A DNA stretch of 63,475 nucleotides, the filler included, from Salisapilia sapeloensis CBS 127946 (taxonomy: Eukaryota > Protista > Oomycota): assembly GCA_023334545.1 (NCBI GenBank). It is 14 parts of 14 records of this genome, joined end to end, with 100 filler letters (N's around TTAATTAATTAA, not from the genome) between each part and the next. Parts side by side here need not be neighbours in the genome. Positions count along the whole stretch, not along the records: positions 1 to 6,337 come from JAADVB010000568.1; positions 6,438 to 12,191 come from JAADVB010000594.1; 12 more parts are not named here. The stretch is one strand, 5' to 3'. Position numbers and translations under genes: made by a program. Below the pieces are notes generated by a model. It was not told the DNA's origin. It was given only the letters and a program-made list of their open reading frames with translations, and made no database searches. Below are positions 1 through 11,273 of the stretch, in pieces. Positions within the stretch are counted from its first letter, which is position 1. Each line of letters starts with the position of its first letter.

Positions 1-888
1 CGTTGTAGCGATCTGCATGTTCTTCATATCGATGGCTTTGTGCAGCATCTGTGAGCTATCTTTACTCTCAAGTGGATTTGCTCCAGCTTCCAGCAGCATC
101 TCGGCACACTTGGCATGCTGCCCGTCAATAGCAAAGTACAGTGGCGTAAGAGACTCCCGGTCTTTCAAATCCACGTTTGTTTTCTGTTGAAGTAGGAAAT
201 AGACGATGCCGACATGACCCACTTCAGCAGCAAAATGTAAAATGGATCTTCTGTTTGAGTGATTCTGTACGTAGTCCGTCGGCCATCCTTTTCCTACTAG
301 TCGCTTCACAGCATTAAAGTCAGCCCTTTTGACAGCATCTACTAGAAGTTGCTCACTTCCATTTGCTAGCAACATTGCGATTTCAAACTTCCGCTTACGC
401 CACGTCAAATCGATTGCATCGTAACCATCCTTGTTCTCCCGCCGGGTATCGATACCTCTTTCCATCAGCTGTCTTACACTTTCAAAATCGTTTTGCAAAG
501 CGGCTATTGCAATAAGTGAGTTTCCATCTTCGTCAGTCGCATCTGGATTCGTTTCGTATTGCTTGACGAAATCTGTCGGCTCATCTTCTTTCCATGCATC
601 CAAGTCGATGCCATCACCAGCATAATTTGGTAAAGATAGCATATAATCTCGTCGCATTCCAGTCATATTGCCTGCCGCAGCAGAATTTTCGTTTTCTGTC
701 GGTTCTAACCTAGCACCGTATTCCTCGAGTAAATCAATAAAGTCTTTCTGCTTTCTCTTCATGGCAATTGTCACTGCAGTATTTCCTTGAGCATCCTGTG
801 CATTGACATCGGCCCCAGCGTTTAATAAAGTCTTTGCGACTTCGTATCTTCCGTTCCTCGTTGCGTCCATGAGAGCTGTTGACCCATC
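1..888 (-). CDS. In-frame continuation of the ankyrin-repeat protein after the TGA (296 codons, open to window edge)
   Basis: Manual translation gives DGSTALMDATRNGRYEVAKTLLNAGADVNAQDAQGNTAV...RRSILHFAAEVGHVGIVYFLLQQKTNVDLKDRESLTPLYFA..., with no further stop to position 1. Confidence 0.8.
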
Positions 889-3237
889 TCAGGACTTACA
901 GCTAACATTTGCACCAAGATCCAGAAGCACGGACGCGACATCAGCTGATTGAACTCGATGCAAATAAGATCGTTCTTTGCTATCGATCGCCTTTAGCGTA
1001 CCTCCGTGTGCCGTAAGAAGTTCAAGTAGATGCTCAAGGTCATCACGACCACACTCTTTTACACTTCCAGACTCGAGATAAAATCCTAGAGTATTTTCTT
1101 CTGCTTTGTTGTCAGGGCAATTTAAGCTTCGAGAAAGCAGACACAACAGAGCGTCGTCCCCGACTGTATTTAATGCGCCAACATCGGCACCGTGCTCAAC
1201 TAACGTTTTAACCAATGTAACCATGTCATCATTGACCTTTTGCTTTGAGAGAATAGTCGCAAGAGGGGTATTGCCGGCTACATCTCTTGCATTGACGTCA
1301 GCCCCATAGTTCAACAGCATTTCTGCTAATTTGGACGCGCTGCATACATGCAAAGGCGTTTGTCCGTTTATGTTTGTCGTCCCAACGGGGGCTCTGTGTT
1401 GAAGCAAAACACGAACTGGTCCCTCTCGACCACTTTTAACGGCTTCAAACAAGCAATCACAGCCATCACCATCTTTTACTAAGATATCTGCCCCTCGTTC
1501 AAGCAGTAACTTTGTCATTTCTTCAGAAGTTGAATCATGCAGAAGCGTTTTTCCGTCGTTATACCTTTCGCGAGCATCTACACCTTTGTCCAGGAGTAGG
1601 CGTGTCACCCCGATAAGGTCATTGAAAATTGCGAAGAGTATAGCAGTAAGACCGTATTCGTCCTTGCAATAGATGTCTGCGCCATGATGAATCAACAGCA
1701 TCGCCGCCGAAACATGTTCATAGTGTGTGGCAACAATAAGAGGAGTCTGTCCTCTGACATCCTGCGCATCAATAAACGTACCTGCCTCGATCAGTAATTT
1801 AACTATTTTCTCATTTCCAACCTCAGCTGCATATATAAGAGGGTTGCGCCCATTTTCGTTTTGTGCATTCACATCAGCACCTCTCTCCAGAAGCAGCCTC
1901 ACTATTTTCTTATTTCCCCGTTGAGCTGCACACATGAGAGGTGTTTTCTTTTCGTTGTCTGCAGCATTCACATCAGCACCGTTTTTAATTAATGCCTCAG
2001 CTGTCTCATCGAAATTCTCAAATGAATGAAGAAGTGTTCTTCCATAACGATCTCGAACATTCATATTTGTGCCTCTTTCAATTAGCAACTCCACTACCTT
2101 CTCGTCATTGTTAGCTACAAAGGTAAGCGGTACTCTTTCAGAGCGGTCGCGAGCATTCACATTAGCTCCTTCATCAATTAATAGCTCCACTATTTTTTTA
2201 TTGCCTCTTTTAGCTGCATAGAACAGAGCTGATCGGTCATAGGCATCATTAGCATCGACTTTTGCACCGCAGCCAAGTAGAAGCTGCACAACTTCTTTGT
2301 GACCAGCTTCAGCTGCCTCAATAAGAGGCAAGCGACCACCATCGGTGGCATTTTCATTCACCTCTGCACCCCTTTCAATCAGTAGCTTCACAACGTCTTT
2401 CTGTCCATACTTTGCAGCACAGTGAAGGGGTGACTTCTCGACACTTTCTCCTGCATCCACTTTTGCATCGTAAGTGATCAACTGCTCTACCACACCAATG
2501 TGGCCTCTTTTACTTGGCTCGCATAGCGGCGTAAATCCGAAGCGATTTGTATGGTTCGGATTTGCACCCCTCGACAATAGCATTTTAACAACTTCTTCAT
2601 GGCCTCGACGAGCAGCCACCATTAGCGCCGTGTTGCCATAAGCATTTGACTTGTCGACACTCGCTCCAACAGAGATTAGCGTAGCAACAACATCCAAATG
2701 TCCACCACCGGCAGCCATGAGGAGAGCAGTATTATCAGCGTAGCCAGATACGTCGACGTCCTCTCCATCATCTAGTATCGCTTGAACTTCTTTTAGACTT
2801 CCCTGTCCAGACGCCCAGAGTATCGGAGGAGTCTTAAGCTCCTGAATAGTTATCTCAGAGTGGATGTAGGGAAGAATCATTTCGATGATGTTCGCATAAG
2901 CATATTCGGTAGCTAGCTTTAAGGGTACAAAACTGGGTTGAATCTTTACATCGACATTCGCACCGTGATCTAGGAGAAGGCGGACCATCATAGGATGATC
3001 GTTTTGGATGGCACATATTAACGGTGTTCGATCTTGAACATCCTTCGCGTTGACATCGATACCGCGATCAAGTAATAGACCAGCGATAGCGATATTACCT
3101 TTCGAGGCAATCGTGCAAAGCCCTTCTTCCAGCCAATCTGTGGAAAAATCACCATCATAAGTGTGGAGAAAGCGGTCGACCGCACTAAAGTCATCGCTGG
3201 CAATAGCAAGACGCCATTTTTTTGTATTCGCCGACAT
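889..3237 (-). CDS. Large ankyrin-repeat protein, N-terminal 782 aa; frame continues past a single in-frame TGA
   Basis: About 20 consecutive ankyrin repeats (e.g. GNTALMVAARRGHEEVVKMLLSRGANPN; KSPLHCAAKYGQKDVVKLLIERGAEVN). The ORF ends in TGA at 889-891 in the middle of a repeat. Confidence 0.9.
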   Translation of the reverse strand: MSANTKKWRLAIASDDFSAVDRFLHTYDGDFSTDWLEEGLCTIASKGNIAIAGLLLDRGIDVNAKDVQDRTPLICAIQNDHPMMVRLLLDHGANVDVKIQPSFVPLKLATEYAYANIIEMILPYIHSEITIQELKTPPILWASGQGSLKEVQAILDDGEDVDVSGYADNTALLMAAGGGHLDVVATLISVGASVDKSNAYGNTALMVAARRGHEEVVKMLLSRGANPNHTNRFGFTPLCEPSKRGHIGVVEQLITYDAKVDAGESVEKSPLHCAAKYGQKDVVKLLIERGAEVNENATDGGRLPLIEAAEAGHKEVVQLLLGCGAKVDANDAYDRSALFYAAKRGNKKIVELLIDEGANVNARDRSERVPLTFVANNDEKVVELLIERGTNMNVRDRYGRTLLHSFENFDETAEALIKNGADVNAADNEKKTPLMCAAQRGNKKIVRLLLERGADVNAQNENGRNPLIYAAEVGNEKIVKLLIEAGTFIDAQDVRGQTPLIVATHYEHVSAAMLLIHHGADIYCKDEYGLTAILFAIFNDLIGVTRLLLDKGVDARERYNDGKTLLHDSTSEEMTKLLLERGADILVKDGDGCDCLFEAVKSGREGPVRVLLQHRAPVGTTNINGQTPLHVCSASKLAEMLLNYGADVNARDVAGNTPLATILSKQKVNDDMVTLVKTLVEHGADVGALNTVGDDALLCLLSRSLNCPDNKAEENTLGFYLESGSVKECGRDDLEHLLELLTAHGGTLKAIDSKERSYLHRVQSADVASVLLDLGANVSCKS

Positions 3238-4902
3238 TCCGCGTTGTTGCTCTTGCTTCCTTTCGCACCTTTCCGTATTTTATAAAGTATCTGCGTAGGC
3301 AGCACTTCCTCTCTCCGTACCAAATCTTGAAATGAATCTTTTCCGCCCACTCATTGCATGGCAGCTGCGTTTATAGGTGGGCTTCCCATCCTTGCATATA
3401 GATGGTATCAGGATGGAATCTGGCATATACCCATGGTTGCATTTTGCATCCTTGGGGATCAGTGCTTACGGCTTCTACACACTCAATTCGCTCCTTTTAA
3501 TTTGAAAGCTGTGGCTGCCTAGCAATCGACAAAATCTGAGTAGTTCAACAAACTGTCGTCAGCAAATGAAACTGTTGACATGGCCTGGGTACGCATCTGA
3601 CTATCAATTATAAACATACTATCTGCCAGTTTGGAACAATCTCAAATGGGTTGAATGACAAAGCATGGATAAAGTACGCTAAAGGCTGATTGAGCACATG
3701 TGCTCATCGTACTTTTAGTGTGTGAATGTGAAAATGAGTGAAAGATTGCTGGTTGTCAAGCAAGCTGAAGTAGTAGAGATCCATCGAGTACCATGTTCAA
3801 GTGTATGATCCATCTGACAAGCTGCAAACCACAGCAAGCAACCAAGGAGCTTGATAAGCTCGAAAATGAAATACAAAGTGCGAGATCCCCTGCATCTTCC
3901 TATCGCAAAACAATTTGAGCGAGAACACGTTCAACCATACGATCTCCATATATCAATGGATGCCATGTCTTCACCTGAGGATGCTCCCACCAAACCGTTT
4001 AGCGCAGTGGGATCCGAAGATAACGTTCGATATTCAAATGGAGCTGAAGTTATCTCCAGGAAATTTGCATAATAAGTGTCGATTTCTAATGCCAGAATAA
4101 AGATAGAGTAGGAAGTGATGTTGGCTGGTATTTGCAACCTTCTTATACACGTGGATGCATAAGAGTTGCGGTGAGAAGGGTCTTTCTTGTAGACGTTGCT
4201 ATAAAGTAGCTCACCTCTGACTCATATTGAAGTGAATAAAAGTCAGCGGTGATATTGAACTTCGAGGTTGAAGCAAACACCATGGCACTTCCAATGTGAA
4301 CGCCTGCGATGCTAAAGTTCGAATGGTGAAAAGTTAAGTGAGGTGCGAATGACACCTGAATAGTATTCGATGGAAGCAAAGCAGACGTAACTTAGCCTAC
4401 TTTAGCATCTTGAGGAGAAATGGATGTATGATCTGTGGTAGTTATGATAATAAATTCGGCCCTGTAGATACACGAAAGTGAATCGGCTACTAATCATCAC
4501 GTGCGAGCACATAGAGGTATGCATTAATGGCACTCTGACACTCTGCTTCTTATTCGACCGCGAAACGGTCCACATACAAGCCAATGGAGTGGATCTTTCA
4601 TGCTTTGTATCGAATGCTCGGGGTTCGAAGTACTCTATCTTTTTAAGGCGCTGTATGCTCTCCAGAAGAGCGTTTGAGCCGACAACCTGGTAGCTGCGGA
4701 ACTGCAGGACAATCACATGTTACAACTAGTCACGAGCTGCAGAGCGCTTTTCTTCCACTTCTTAGCAACTCACTGATCTATGTAATAAAGTTAAATCCGT
4801 TTATTCCTTCCGGTGCTATCAACTCTCTCACTCGTCAGTACATGGACCCTGTCATACGATCGACAGTGCCGCAGATACAGCATATACCTTTATACCAGCG
4901 GA

Positions 4903-5892
4903 TCATTCACTAGCCTCCCCGTTGCATACAGAGAGTACCGCTTCGACCTCTTCTGCTCGTACGCCAGCATCTTCCAGCGCCCGCCGAGACAACACGCGCT
5001 CTGTCCCCAGTCTTAGACGTGCCGTTTCCACCTCGTATCTCAGTTTTTTGCACTCCAGCCGGTGCCTCGTTTCCTCCATCCGAAGACGCTTTCGCCCTTG
5101 ACTCTCGTCTTCCTCACTGCTTTGAGAGCCGCCGTGCGTAGAATAACGCGGCGCCAGCTCGGCACGCCTCGGCACCGAGCGACCTCCTACACGACCATTT
5201 AAAAGGTAAGGTACTTCTGGAGCCGTGTGAATGCCCTGCCGCGACCTAGAGCCGCTCGGAGGAGCGTATGCAGACCGACCCTCACCGCTCTGCTCGGGAG
5301 AGCACTGCTGCCTCGGTCTATGCAGAGGCGCCAATCTCGTTTGTGCCGACTCACGCTCTACGTCAGCTGCTCGAGATGCCTGTATCGGATTCTTACGATC
5401 TTTCTCCAATGTGTGTTGTGCGTCTGCGTTCTTATGCACAGTTCTACTTGAAGAAACAGCGCTACTAGGGCCTAATAACGCTTGCCTTCCACTCATAACA
5501 TAATGCAAATCGTGGAAATAGCGACACATTTTCAGCACGTGGCGCCCGACTTCAGAAGTGTTCAGGTTTGAGTCCCCCACATCAAAGCCGTTGGCACCCA
5601 GCCATGCCACAGCAGACGCATACGATCGCTCGAGCTCGTTGATCTGGGTCCGAATGTTCGCGTTCTCTCGATGGAATAGTCCCTCCTCCTCCATCTCCTC
5701 CCGGATCTCGCTACACAGCTGCTCACGAGTTTCACCTCCGCTGCGCGTCTTAGACTCACACCAACGGTCGTAGTTCTCCGGCGTCGTGAGCCAGTCCAGT
5801 AAGACTCGGATGGATGTTCGACCATCCAAACGGGCATTGTCGTTGTTCCACATAATGCGCTTTCTCCCCGACTCCACCGACGCGCGACGCAT
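4903..5892 (-). CDS. Uncharacterised oomycete-type protein with putative trihelix/Myb-SANT-like N-terminal domain and C-terminal coiled coil
   Basis: 329-aa ORF. Motif WNND...SIRVLLDWLTTPENYDRW...CSEI...IRTQINELERSYASA resembles a family I recognise from oomycetes and rusts. Low-complexity middle; charged coiled-coil tail. Real start may be MWNND. Confidence 0.6.
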   Translation of the reverse strand: MRRASVESGRKRIMWNNDNARLDGRTSIRVLLDWLTTPENYDRWCESKTRSGGETREQLCSEIREEMEEEGLFHRENANIRTQINELERSYASAVAWLGANGFDVGDSNLNTSEVGRHVLKMCRYFHDLHYVMSGRQALLGPSSAVSSSRTVHKNADAQHTLEKDRKNPIQASRAADVERESAQTRLAPLHRPRQQCSPEQSGEGRSAYAPPSGSRSRQGIHTAPEVPYLLNGRVGGRSVPRRAELAPRYSTHGGSQSSEEDESQGRKRLRMEETRHRLECKKLRYEVETARLRLGTERVLSRRALEDAGVRAEEVEAVLSVCNGEASE

Positions 5893-6337
5893 GACTGGGC
5901 TAATGATTGGAGGAGCAGATTGTTATCAGTAGACCAATCGACACGACCAACAAATCCTTCCATCATTCGTGACGACTACGGATCGTCTGCCGCGACCGCT
6001 ACAACGTCGACGATTGCTTGGACCTTGGACGCGGGTAGCCCACACGCAAGGCCGCCGTCAACTCCAACACCCGGCGTTTCCTAGACGCCCTTCCTTCAAG
6101 TCGAGTCACTCCACAGCTCTTGTAACAAGAACTCCAGACTTTGATGCTGTACCACCAGGTGGGGTTGCTGCCTCAGTACGTCTCGGGAACGCGAGAAGCT
6201 TTCTGAGCAGCTTGAGCTCTCATTCGATCTCGTGATCAAGATGTCCAGGTCGCCCGGTCGGTTAGTAGGAAGCCCGACGTCCGATGCAGACCGAGTTGGC
6301 ATGCATCAAGTAGATCTGACGAGGTCGATCGAGAGGA

Positions 6338-6437
6338 NNNNNNNNNNNNNNNNNNNNNNNNNNNNNNNNNNNNNNNNNNNNTTAATTAATTAANNNNNNN
6401 NNNNNNNNNNNNNNNNNNNNNNNNNNNNNNNNNNNNN
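6338..6437. other. Artificial contig spacer (44N-TTAATTAATTAA-44N)
   Basis: Identical 100-bp spacer with six-frame stop core, recurring 13 times. Confidence 0.99.
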
Positions 6438-7243
6438 GTTTCCATTTAGGTCACTATTCAACGCTTTCGTGAGATATGTAGTCATTTGAAGTATGGAGAT
6501 GAACCCACAGTCTCTCTAGATAAGTTGCTTGCGATATATCCGGCACTTCTTTCAATCGGCAATTGGTCATTACGAGACGTTTTAGCTGGGAAGAAGTGTT
6601 GACGAATGATGGGACGTCTTGAGAAAAGTCGATATTGTTAAAATAGGCGCTTTCGACATTGAGTCCTAGGGAGAGTGTATTGTTTGATACTTTGACACGG
6701 GCGGGATTCTGGTCCGATCTATAGGTGCAATCGTTTCCGCACAAAGATCTGTGTCGTCGAGTTAGATGCCGGTTTCGTATCAAATTTCGTGATATCTTAC
6801 AATGCATCTACGGAGCTGTCAAGACGAAGATCGATTGCATCTAGATACTTGTCGTCGAGATGTGGACCATCTTGTTCAAATTCCTTTGCGGTATGTTTGG
6901 AAGTGATAACGAAGGAAAATATCTTGGAAACAGATGAATTTGAGCGTGAAAACACAGTAAAGCATTGGTACTGGTGATCCAAATCCTCCTTTACTTCTTG
7001 GCATGCGCTCCATGTATCTGCGTTATCGCTTGTGTCTTCCGATTCGTCATTACCGTTGCACGGGTTGTCACTGTCGATATCATAGATAACACAAGCGTCA
7101 TAGCCCTCACACTCACCGTGACAATCCGATTGCAAAAGTAGTGTGTTGGTGGCAATGGAATTGCTTTCGTCACTGTCCGATCCGTGGATGCTCAGCACAT
7201 TGCATGCCAAAAGACATAGTGATAGAAAGAAGGAAGGAGTCAT
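6438..7243 (-). CDS. 5' part of secreted/receptor-type LRR protein (resembles N-terminus of oomycete LRR receptor-like kinases); spliced, truncated by contig end
   Basis: ATG at 7243 gives signal peptide MTPSFFLSLCLLACNVLSIHG, then a Cys-rich segment. Intron starts GTAAGA near 6800. LRR-like LKRLVMTNCRLKEVPDISQATYLERL follows, then a second intron and DLNGN. Confidence 0.65.
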
Positions 7244-8964
7244 GGTGGATGCTCTCTCTTTAGCAGGCAAAACTGGAAATGGAAACTTTTCGTACCCGCT
7301 AGTAATCAGAAAGTCTATCAAGGCATATATTTGTACCCGGACTGAATCCAACTAGCAGATGAGCCATTTGAACATCAAGTAAGCTCCCACATCTTTCTCT
7401 TCTCTTTATTTTTGTAATCTTACCTTGCAAGTATTAAACAAGTAGAAGTTCTAAAAAATCCACTGCTGACATACTTGCGACGCACAAGTAGAAGTTGGCT
7501 TGATGTCGATAGGGACTCAAAGCTAGAAAAATCGTTATTATACTGTGTTTGTTCTTATGCTTAGTTCCACACAAACGCTGCTTTTGTTTAATGCAAACTT
7601 AAGCCAGCTCCAGAGCTGGTTTATATTATTTTGTCGACGGTTGCTGCGTCCAAGCAGAATCAAGCTCTCTTTTTCTTTTATTTTGCATTTGCATTTAGTA
7701 GGAAAGATTGCCAGATTACCATGACAATCATTCATCGCGAGATCTTTGCCTGGCCGAGGTTGCCGTAGAAGTAGAAAGGAATCCAAGCCAAGGACTAAAG
7801 GACAATCAATCTTCAATTTTCTTTTTAAAGCAGAAGTGTTCTCGTTCCGTAATAGAATCGTTCACATATTTTAAACGCCTAGGCACTTAGATAACGCAGC
7901 TATGTAACAAACCGTGTTTCAAAAAAATATTTTAAAGGAGAGAAGTATCCTTCTAAGCAGTAGCCTCTTAACTGTTGTCAAGCAAACATTAACATGGGCA
8001 GCTGACTGTGCTCAATTAGTAGCTTTAAAACGATTGACACGTGGAGCTTGATCCTAATTATGTTTTGACTAGTCATCTGGCTAAAATTAAGCGTTTTTTA
8101 TTAACTTTGATACCCCTAGTAGATCTATTTTAGTAGACCTGACAAGGAGAAACTTTACTCGGAACACTTGACTGGTAAGCATGAATTTATGGCTGAGGTG
8201 TGTAAGTCTCAGTGAAAATACAGTGAGAGCAAAGATAAAGATAGCTAGGAAAATGTATTATGGGTTAATGGAGATTTCCAGCTAAATCGTCAAGAACTAA
8301 GATCTAAATCATCAATTATTAAGACCTGCTAATGCCGGCACAGCAATACTACTATGGTACCAAATGCGCAACGTCCAGTATGCTGTACCGAGCCCTGCGA
8401 AAGTGTATCATCATGGTAGGGGTATGTGAATATTGGGAGAGCACCATTCATGCTTCTATTTACAAGTATCTATATCACGTTCCCTCATTCAGGAAGGTGG
8501 CAGAGCTAGCTGATGCAGCGTACATCCATTGCATGCATGATCTTATTTAATGGCGGAGGATGTTGATAGCATGAAAATCTGAAGTCAGCAAATAAAATAG
8601 AAAGGATTTTACAGGTAGGGATCACCTAAAATTGTAGTACTGATCGTCCGAAATCCAAATTTCAAATTACCGCATCAGTACTAATGGAAACCTGGAGTTG
8701 CTCTATCGTAACCGAAGCTGAAAGCTTAGCACGATTTATACCATTTCCACACAGTGGGTATTGTGCAATGCAAACGTGATTGAAAAAGTTTGCAATATTT
8801 GTGCATTTGCATGACGTAGTCCAACACAGACATATAAACAACCAGGGAAGCAGGTCACAATGTCATACCCGACATGATTCCATCGTACGACCCCTGTCCG
8901 TCAATGATATGCCACTAACTGCAGCAAACATACAGAGACAGACACAAAAATAGCAAGAGCAAAG

Positions 8965-10121
8965 ATGTCGCGGGCACTACGCGTCCTTGGCCTCTTCGTG
9001 GCGCTTGTTCTCACGCAAAATGCCGTTTTCGCCCTATCCGATAATGGTGATGGAGCAAATCATGAGGAAACCCCTTCCAAGCTTCCAAACAATGTCGATG
9101 AAGCGTTTGCTCGAGCCGATACGGACCACAATGGCCTCCTGGACGCCAAGGAATTTGCTCGCTTCACGGACTCTGTCAAGCAAGCCCTCGACCCCTTCTT
9201 AAATATCTACAACGGAGCAGCTCCGACTATAGAACAGGCTCCACGTCCACGATTGCGTACCGGTAGCACGGTGAACGTCTTCTGGTCTGGCTTTGTGAGT
9301 GGTATCCTGACGATTTGGGCGACGGAAGTCGGTGACAAGACGTTCTTCATCGCTGCCATTCTCTCGATGAAGAAAGATCGAGTGGTCGTTTTTGCAGGTG
9401 CAATTGGTGCTCTCATCGTCATGACCGTGCTGTCCGTCGTCATGGGCGTCGTGGCCACCAAGTTCCTCCCGCCTGAGATTACCCATTACATTGGTGGCGT
9501 ACTGGTACATACTTAAATTACGTGACATATGTGTATCTATACTTATGCTGTGACGATAGTTCCTAGTCTTTGGTGCTAAAATGCTGTATGATGCTCGAGA
9601 AATGTCTTCGGGGTACGTTTACGAACCATTTTGATGCTCATAGTGGCAGCATCTTGATACTTTTATGCGATAGGAGTCCATCGGAAGAGCTAGGAGAAGT
9701 GGAGGAAGAGCTCATGGGCAAGAAGGCAGATGAAGATGCCGAGTACGTTTGCCCTCCATATACGATCACTAGGAATCACCTTATAAGAAACACTAGTCAT
9801 GCCGAGGCAGGAGACGCCAAGGAATACAAGGACGGAACGGACACGATGCTCAAGGTCTTTACACAGAGCTTCCTCATGACGTTCTTGGCTGAGTGGGGCG
9901 ACCGATCGCAGATCGCGACCGTGACCTTGTCAGCCACAAAGGACGCGTTTGGTGTCACGCTAGGCGCGGTCTTGGGCCACTCCATGTGCACCGGTCTGGC
10001 TGTTATTGGTGGCAAGCTACTAGCAACACGTATTTCGGAAAGGACGGTGACACTTGTCGGTGGTGGACTCTTCGTCCTCTTTGCTCTCCACAGCTTCTTA
10101 ACTGGTCCAGCGATTCGGTAG
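8965..10121 (+). CDS. GDT1/TMEM165 (UPF0016) family Ca2+/Mn2+ transporter with N-terminal EF-hand; 4 exons
   Basis: Signal peptide and both family motifs, EVGDKTF and EWGDRSQ. Acidic central loop EELGEVEEEL. Three GT-AG introns restore the frame. EF-hand loop DTDHNGLLDAKE. Confidence 0.9.
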
Positions 10122-10250
10122 ACTCTTGGCTTGCATCTGTCGAAAGAATGAATACAATAAACATGATGGATTCCTTTCGTACGATGAAAGCGACGGTGTG
10201 TGTATTAGTCGTACGTACAAGACTCTTTGTGTACTCATAAGTAGAACAGA

Positions 10251-11273
10251 CTAGAACCCAAAGTGACTTGCATCCTGCGCACCTTCCGCGACACCATCGA
10301 GAAACTGGAGGATCACGGATAAAAGACCGGATCGATCGACGGTCGGGCGGTTCTTCGGGCCGCGCAAGTACGCTTTAAAGTGGTCCATACACTGCGTCGC
10401 GTACGACTCGTCCGCCGTCTTGAGCTGGTGGAAAACATCCGAGAAGCTTGGGAAGAGCTGCATGACCAGCGCCAACTCGCCTTCCTCTGCGTCCTCATCC
10501 TCAACGACCGCCAACATTTTGCACACAAAATCCCCCGCGCATCGTTCCAAGCCTACTTTGACGTGCACCTGCGTCAATATGCAGTCTAACTACGATAATA
10601 CAAGAGATGACCTAAGATGCCATCCCGACGCTCCTTCCGACGATCAAATTCGTGTTTATCCTGCTTGGCTTCCAGCACACTGCGTTCATCCAAGCCAGCA
10701 GCTTGCATCTATCCAAGGAGAATCAACAAGGGGTGACTGTACAGGTACTACTATCGTCACCTTGACGTCCATTCGACGTAGATCATCGTCTGAGAACGGA
10801 AGACGTGTCTGCGGTTCCGAAAAGTCTCCTGTGGCGAGAATGTATTGGACTAGCGTATCCACATTGTACTTGACTTTAGATCCGTTCGAACGGTGGAATG
10901 TGAACTAGAGGAAAGAATCATTAAAGGGCGGAAGAAGGGGAGAAGATAAAGAGCTCACCGTGTGAGGTCCGAGTTCCGTGAGCATAATCGGATCGAGCGT
11001 ATTTACATCCTTCTTTCTCTTCTTCTTCGATTTTGGTTTCTCTTCACTTGCACGCATCCGTTTCGTGCGCTTCACGTCGGGAGAGATGGAAGACGGAGCT
11101 TCTTGAGGTGACCTTGTGGGCGTGTGAGGGGGAATCGGAAGGGATATTCCTCCTTCGCGACGTTGGAGAAGAGCGTGCAGTTCGGATTTGGACAGGTGGC
11201 GGTAGTACTTGAGGCCCCGCTCGGCCGCGATGCGCTGTAGTTTGTTCATAGAAAGAGAAGACCTTGTCTCCAT
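10251..11273 (-). CDS. Uncharacterised protein: Rho_N/HeH-like N-terminal motif + degenerate U-box-like motif + helical C-terminus; 4 exons
   Basis: LQRIAAERGLKYYRHLSKSELHALL, then a basic NLS-like stretch KKKRKK. After splicing: LDPIMLTELGPHT-FTF...YNVDTLVQYILATGDFSEPQTRLPFSDDDL. Three GT-AG introns give a continuous frame to GLERCAGDFV...HFGF*. Confidence 0.7.

Noticed and set aside
3300-4800. Several 60-105 aa ORFs between the ankyrin and Myb-like genes
   Set aside because: No recognisable motif and no consistent splice model. It may be a decayed gene, but I cannot support a call.
6338-6437. TTAATTAATTAA palindrome recurring 13 times
   Set aside because: It is always centred in 44+44 Ns and gives stops in all six frames, so it is an artificial joiner. 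ORFs running into it (X runs) are artefacts.
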